Made by a program: the position numbers and the translations under genes. This document shows positions 60,386 to 64,000 of a stretch of 64,000 nt of DNA, one piece after another. This DNA is from Macrostomum lignano (taxonomy: Eukaryota): assembly GCA_002269645.1 (NCBI GenBank), contig NIVC01000089.1:930001-994000 (forward strand), written 5' to 3'. Each line of letters starts with the position of its first letter. The first letter of the stretch is position 1. Under the pieces are notes generated by a model, which was not told where the DNA came from, searched no databases, and was given only the letters and a program-made list of their open reading frames with translations.

Positions 60386-62889
60386 GCGACATAGGAGCAA
60401 ATGAGGTTGATAGTAACCAAGTACGGTAACCGAGTTGTTATACCAAAGATAGCTGGGAATATAGTTATAAAGGCCTGAGGCGCTCCATGGCATAAGCCTC
60501 ACCCCTATTGCGATGCACAGCCTACAAGCTGTAGCTGAGGTAGAAACATTTACGGTAGGTATATAAATAATAGCTACTGTTTAGCTTAGCGATGAGTCAG
60601 CTCGCGCTGCAGTCCCCTGCACCTTAGCAGCTCCCAGCGTATTGTATAGCAAGCAGTCCATAAATGCTATGCGCCAGTTGCATTGCATTTGCCCTCTGCA
60701 CCCGCGGCTCCGGTCAAATCTCTTTTCTTAATGTGTTGTGTGCGGCGCAGTTCCCATGCACTGTTTCATGGCTCAGTCTCTGCACTCGCGCCCAAAATCC
60801 TGCTCTCCTTCGCCTCACATCCTTCTCTAAGTCTATCCTTTTGTTCCCACGGACTAACTCCAATGAGGGTGTGGGATTTGGGAACTGCTGGATGAGTCAT
60901 CCAACTTCCTGAACTCATCCGGGACTCGTGCCTACAGTTCTATTTGAAAAATCCATAGTGCATTTCCAAACTGAAACACCTGAAACCGAGTCAGTGCGCA
61001 ATTTAAGTGGCGGTGCTTGCTCTAAAATCGAAATAAACGTTTTAGACAAATTAGAGGCTTCAGCGTTAAGTCTGTATCAACTTATTGTTGCAGTACAGAA
61101 ATAGAAAGTTTCTGTTTTAAATTTCATTAAATTTCATAACATTTATATTGTAAGGCTTTTTGTAACTATGAGCAAGAGATTTGAAGAAAGAACAGCTTGT
61201 CCTTTTTTGACATTTTGATCAAATGTCTGTAAAAAGACCGCCAGCAGGGATAACGAAAAGAGTCAGAGATGAAAGCCGGGAAGGATTGGAGGTGACCCGA
61301 TTTGACCTCTCCAGTCTCAGCTGACGAGGGGGGGGGGCTAGCCTCAGCTTTTGCCCCTCGCGCTCTTTTCCTCCCCTCACAGTCCACACCCCAACCCCTG
61401 TCCTAGGTCGACCCCCTGTCCTTACACGGTGCGTTCAACATACCAAACGTTGGGGGGTTGGTGTCCTCAAGAAAGGAAATGGGGAGGGTTGATAACTATT
61501 TGCGTAGCAGTGCTGGAGCCGTGGGAATGGCGGGCAGGGGTTGACAGCATGAGGTTGGGGAGGGGGGGTTGGGTGTTTAGCCAAGGAGAAACAAATCTAA
61601 ATATATGCGGTATTGCGGTGTGTGTACATGCCCGGAATTTCGGAGAAGGGTTGTCGCGAGAAACCCCAAGCGTGTGCGTACATTCAGTTCATTATCTATC
61701 CCTCTACCCCCTCCCTGTGCTGCAATCCGCCTGACCCGTAGAGGTCAGGCTGGGACAAGCCACCGGTTCAGCCCAGGACGGCAGGGCCCTCACTCAGCTG
61801 ATTGGGGAGAGGGGTGGCAGCGTTTCAGCCCCAACCCCCCCCCCCGTATTGAATTTGTGGTGCTGGTGCAGAGAAGGGGGTGTGGGTGCCCAACGGGAGG
61901 CCATGCGGGGTCTGGGGGGGGGGTGGTGGGAGAGGCAATGAGGTTGGGGGAGGGGGGGTTGAACTCTGCGCATCCAGATAAAAGGCGCAACCCCCGGCGC
62001 AATTGCCACTGCCAGTTCTCCGCTCTCCGCTGCTAGTCAGCTCTCTTAGGCGAGAAATTGGCAAAGCTTTATATACGAGTATTTGATTTTTTATCTTCCT
62101 TTAACCACGGACGTGTTGTCCTTGCAACCAAACAGGATACAGAACTCAACTGTTGCCCCCGGTCGTCGAGATCATTCAAGCGGCTTATAGATTTAACTCT
62201 GCATTATAATTTGACGTGGGTTGGTGGTCATTCGGTGTCACTGTGCTAATTTATTAATTAATAATTGCGCCTGTCACCGGGTGGTCATTCATCCGCAGAA
62301 AGCAGACTAATCTACAGTTTATGTCCCACCCCCGCCGTCCACACAATATTTGACTTGTCATGGCGGCCGTGAATTTCAGTTGATTAGCCTCGTACTTCAG
62401 GTTGTTAATAAAATTGCAAAACACTAATAATGTGTTGTTTAATCTCTTGACTGCTTCAAAGCTGAAGTTGGGATCTGTTTGTACTGTTATTAACTATCCT
62501 ATATGCCCCGGAATGTGGGTAGGCCTGGACCGTACGATCATTCAAAGCCTCGAGGTCATGACCCCGAATAAAGTACATGTACGAGTGGCCCAGTAGTCAG
62601 CATCCATACCTAAAGCTGCCTTGTGAGGCGAATTGAGATCGAAGCGACTCCAGAAGAGCAGCTGCCAAAGTGTCCGAGATTGATCGATCTGGCCTAGGAT
62701 AGTCGATTCCCAACCTTACCAACCCTAAATCCCATCACTTCGAAACTAACCAAAAGTTTCCTTCGTGACCTTTAAAATTCACCTTCATTTTGTTTACATT
62801 CTGAGGAACAGCTGCACTTGCTGCACTACTAACAGTAGCAAAACTTGCGCTTCTTGATTATATTGTGTTTTCAAACGTCAGAACAAAGC

Positions 62890-63150
62890 TATTTAGAAGA
62901 ATTGCGAATGTCTCACCGTCTGTCTCGCTTGGCTATCTCACCGCCTGTCTCACCGCCTGTCTCACTGCCTGTCTCACTTGGCTGTCTCACCGCCTGTCTC
63001 ACCACCTGTCTCACTGCCTGTCTCACTTAGCTGTCTCACCGCCTGTCTCGCCACCTGTCTCACTTGGCTATCTCACCGCCTGTCTCACCGCCTGTCTCAC
63101 CGCCTGTCTTACTTGGCTGTCTCACTTGGCCGTCTGACCGCCTGTCTTAC
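62890..63150. repeat. 12-bp repeat (CTGTCTCACCGC)
   Basis: Tandem array. Confidence 0.9.
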
Positions 63151-63480
63151 CACCTGTCCCACTCGCAGCGCAGTATTAACAATGCAGCCATACATCATGT
63201 ACAATAAGTCATAATTATGCGGTCACACAGTGTAGTTGATCCACTTTTCATTACCATAATCTTTTTTCAATTTACGTGAGTAGCAAAACAGAATTAAACA
63301 ACAATAAAAGCCGCACGCACCTCTAGTACGGCACCTATATTAGACGGAAACTTTTTTCAATGTTTTATGACTAAAATTGACTACAAGCCGAGAATCAAAA
63401 ACTATGAAGCAAGTCATGTCATGGTATTATTGGTTGCAGTTAAATTGTCAGCATCCGGTTAGCAACCGGCTGTGTCCGGA

Positions 63481-63681
63481 TCAAAGAAGCAGACAGCCTC
63501 CCTTCTCCTGGAACGGATTGTCTTTCTTGGATGCGAAACCGGACACCAGGAAGTCCCTGTCCTTGTTGCTGTTCATGAAGCCGATCATGTCCTTGACGCA
63601 CTCGGACACCGGTTTGCAAACCATGCTGGCCTCGGAGCGGAGCTGCTCAACAATCTTCTTCTGCTGGGCGATGGAGGACAT
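63481..63681 (-). CDS. GNG: Heterotrimeric G-protein gamma subunit, 66 aa, intronless CDS
   Basis: MSSIAQQKKIVEQLRSEA...VSEC...DFLVSGF...NPFQEKGGCLLL: GGL domain, NPF motif and CAAX box CLLL (geranylgeranylation type). Confidence 0.93.
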   Translation of the reverse strand: MSSIAQQKKIVEQLRSEASMVCKPVSECVKDMIGFMNSNKDRDFLVSGFASKKDNPFQEKGGCLLL

Positions 63682-63769
63682 TGCTTGCAGATTTCCTGGA
63701 GGCGAGTCGTTTGGAAAATAAGAGCGTATAAAAGAGCAGCGTGTACTTCTGTTCTCTAGACTTTCTAGC

Positions 63770-64000
63770 ATTGTTGGTGTCTCCTATCTGTCTTAGTAGT
63801 GTCTCCTGTCTGTCTTAGTAGTGTCTCCCGTCTGTCTTAGTAGGTGTCTCCCGTCTGTCTTAGTAGTATCTCCCGTCTGTCTTAGTAGTATCTCCCATCT
63901 GTCTTAGTAGTGTCTCCCGTCTGTCTTAGTAGTATCTCCCGTCTGTCTTAGTAGTGTCTCCCGTCTGTCTTAGTAGTGTATCCCGTCTGTCTTAGTAGTG
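63770..64000. repeat. 22-bp minisatellite (TCTCCCGTCTGTCTTAGTAGTG), runs off the window
   Basis: Tandem array. Confidence 0.95.

Noticed and set aside
62575-62655. Weak tRNA/SINE-like A-box and B-box (GTGGCCCAGTAG ... GAGATCGAAG)
   Set aside because: Boxes are degenerate and no cloverleaf can be built by eye.
63481-63771. 96-aa extended version of the G-gamma ORF
   Set aside because: Starts at a non-ATG codon; the ATG at 63681 gives a normal-length 66-aa gamma subunit.
1-64000. Tandem arrays as CRISPR, or as hammerhead-ribozyme satellites
   Set aside because: No unique spacers or cas genes; the CTGATGA...GAAA hammerhead core with flanking stems was not found in the arrays I examined.

Overview
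Eukaryotic (metazoan) genomic DNA. It has GC-rich spliceosomal exons, introns packed with locally born minisatellites, and AT-rich transposon-laden stretches. The style resembles a free-living flatworm such as Macrostomum (inference only). Host genes: an RNF145/TRC8-like ERAD E3 ligase (minus strand, continues off the left edge), mitochondrial DnaJ DNAJA3/Tid1, an intronless N-acylation-motif (MGC) globin X-like globin, a C2H2 plus BED-like zinc-finger gene, a C2 + IPT/TIG + coiled-coil + FIP-RBD-like protein, and a G-protein gamma subunit. Mobile DNA: (1) a 6.56-kb TIR element in an RNF145 intron with a near-intact 7-exon, ~1165-aa CxxH-type DDE transposase (hAT-related, probably hATw-like) ending in a Spindlin-type Tudor domain; (2) a non-autonomous relative with a perfect 7-bp TSD, nested in another hAT-type MITE; (3) a 16.4-kb Gypsy LTR element (ATAT TSD) carrying a decayed extra ORF, with nested mariner and Sola2-like elements; (4) a 1.1-kb hAT MITE. 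The two LTRs differ mostly by CpG decay. No prokaryotic features, CRISPR arrays, rRNA or convincing tRNA genes were seen.
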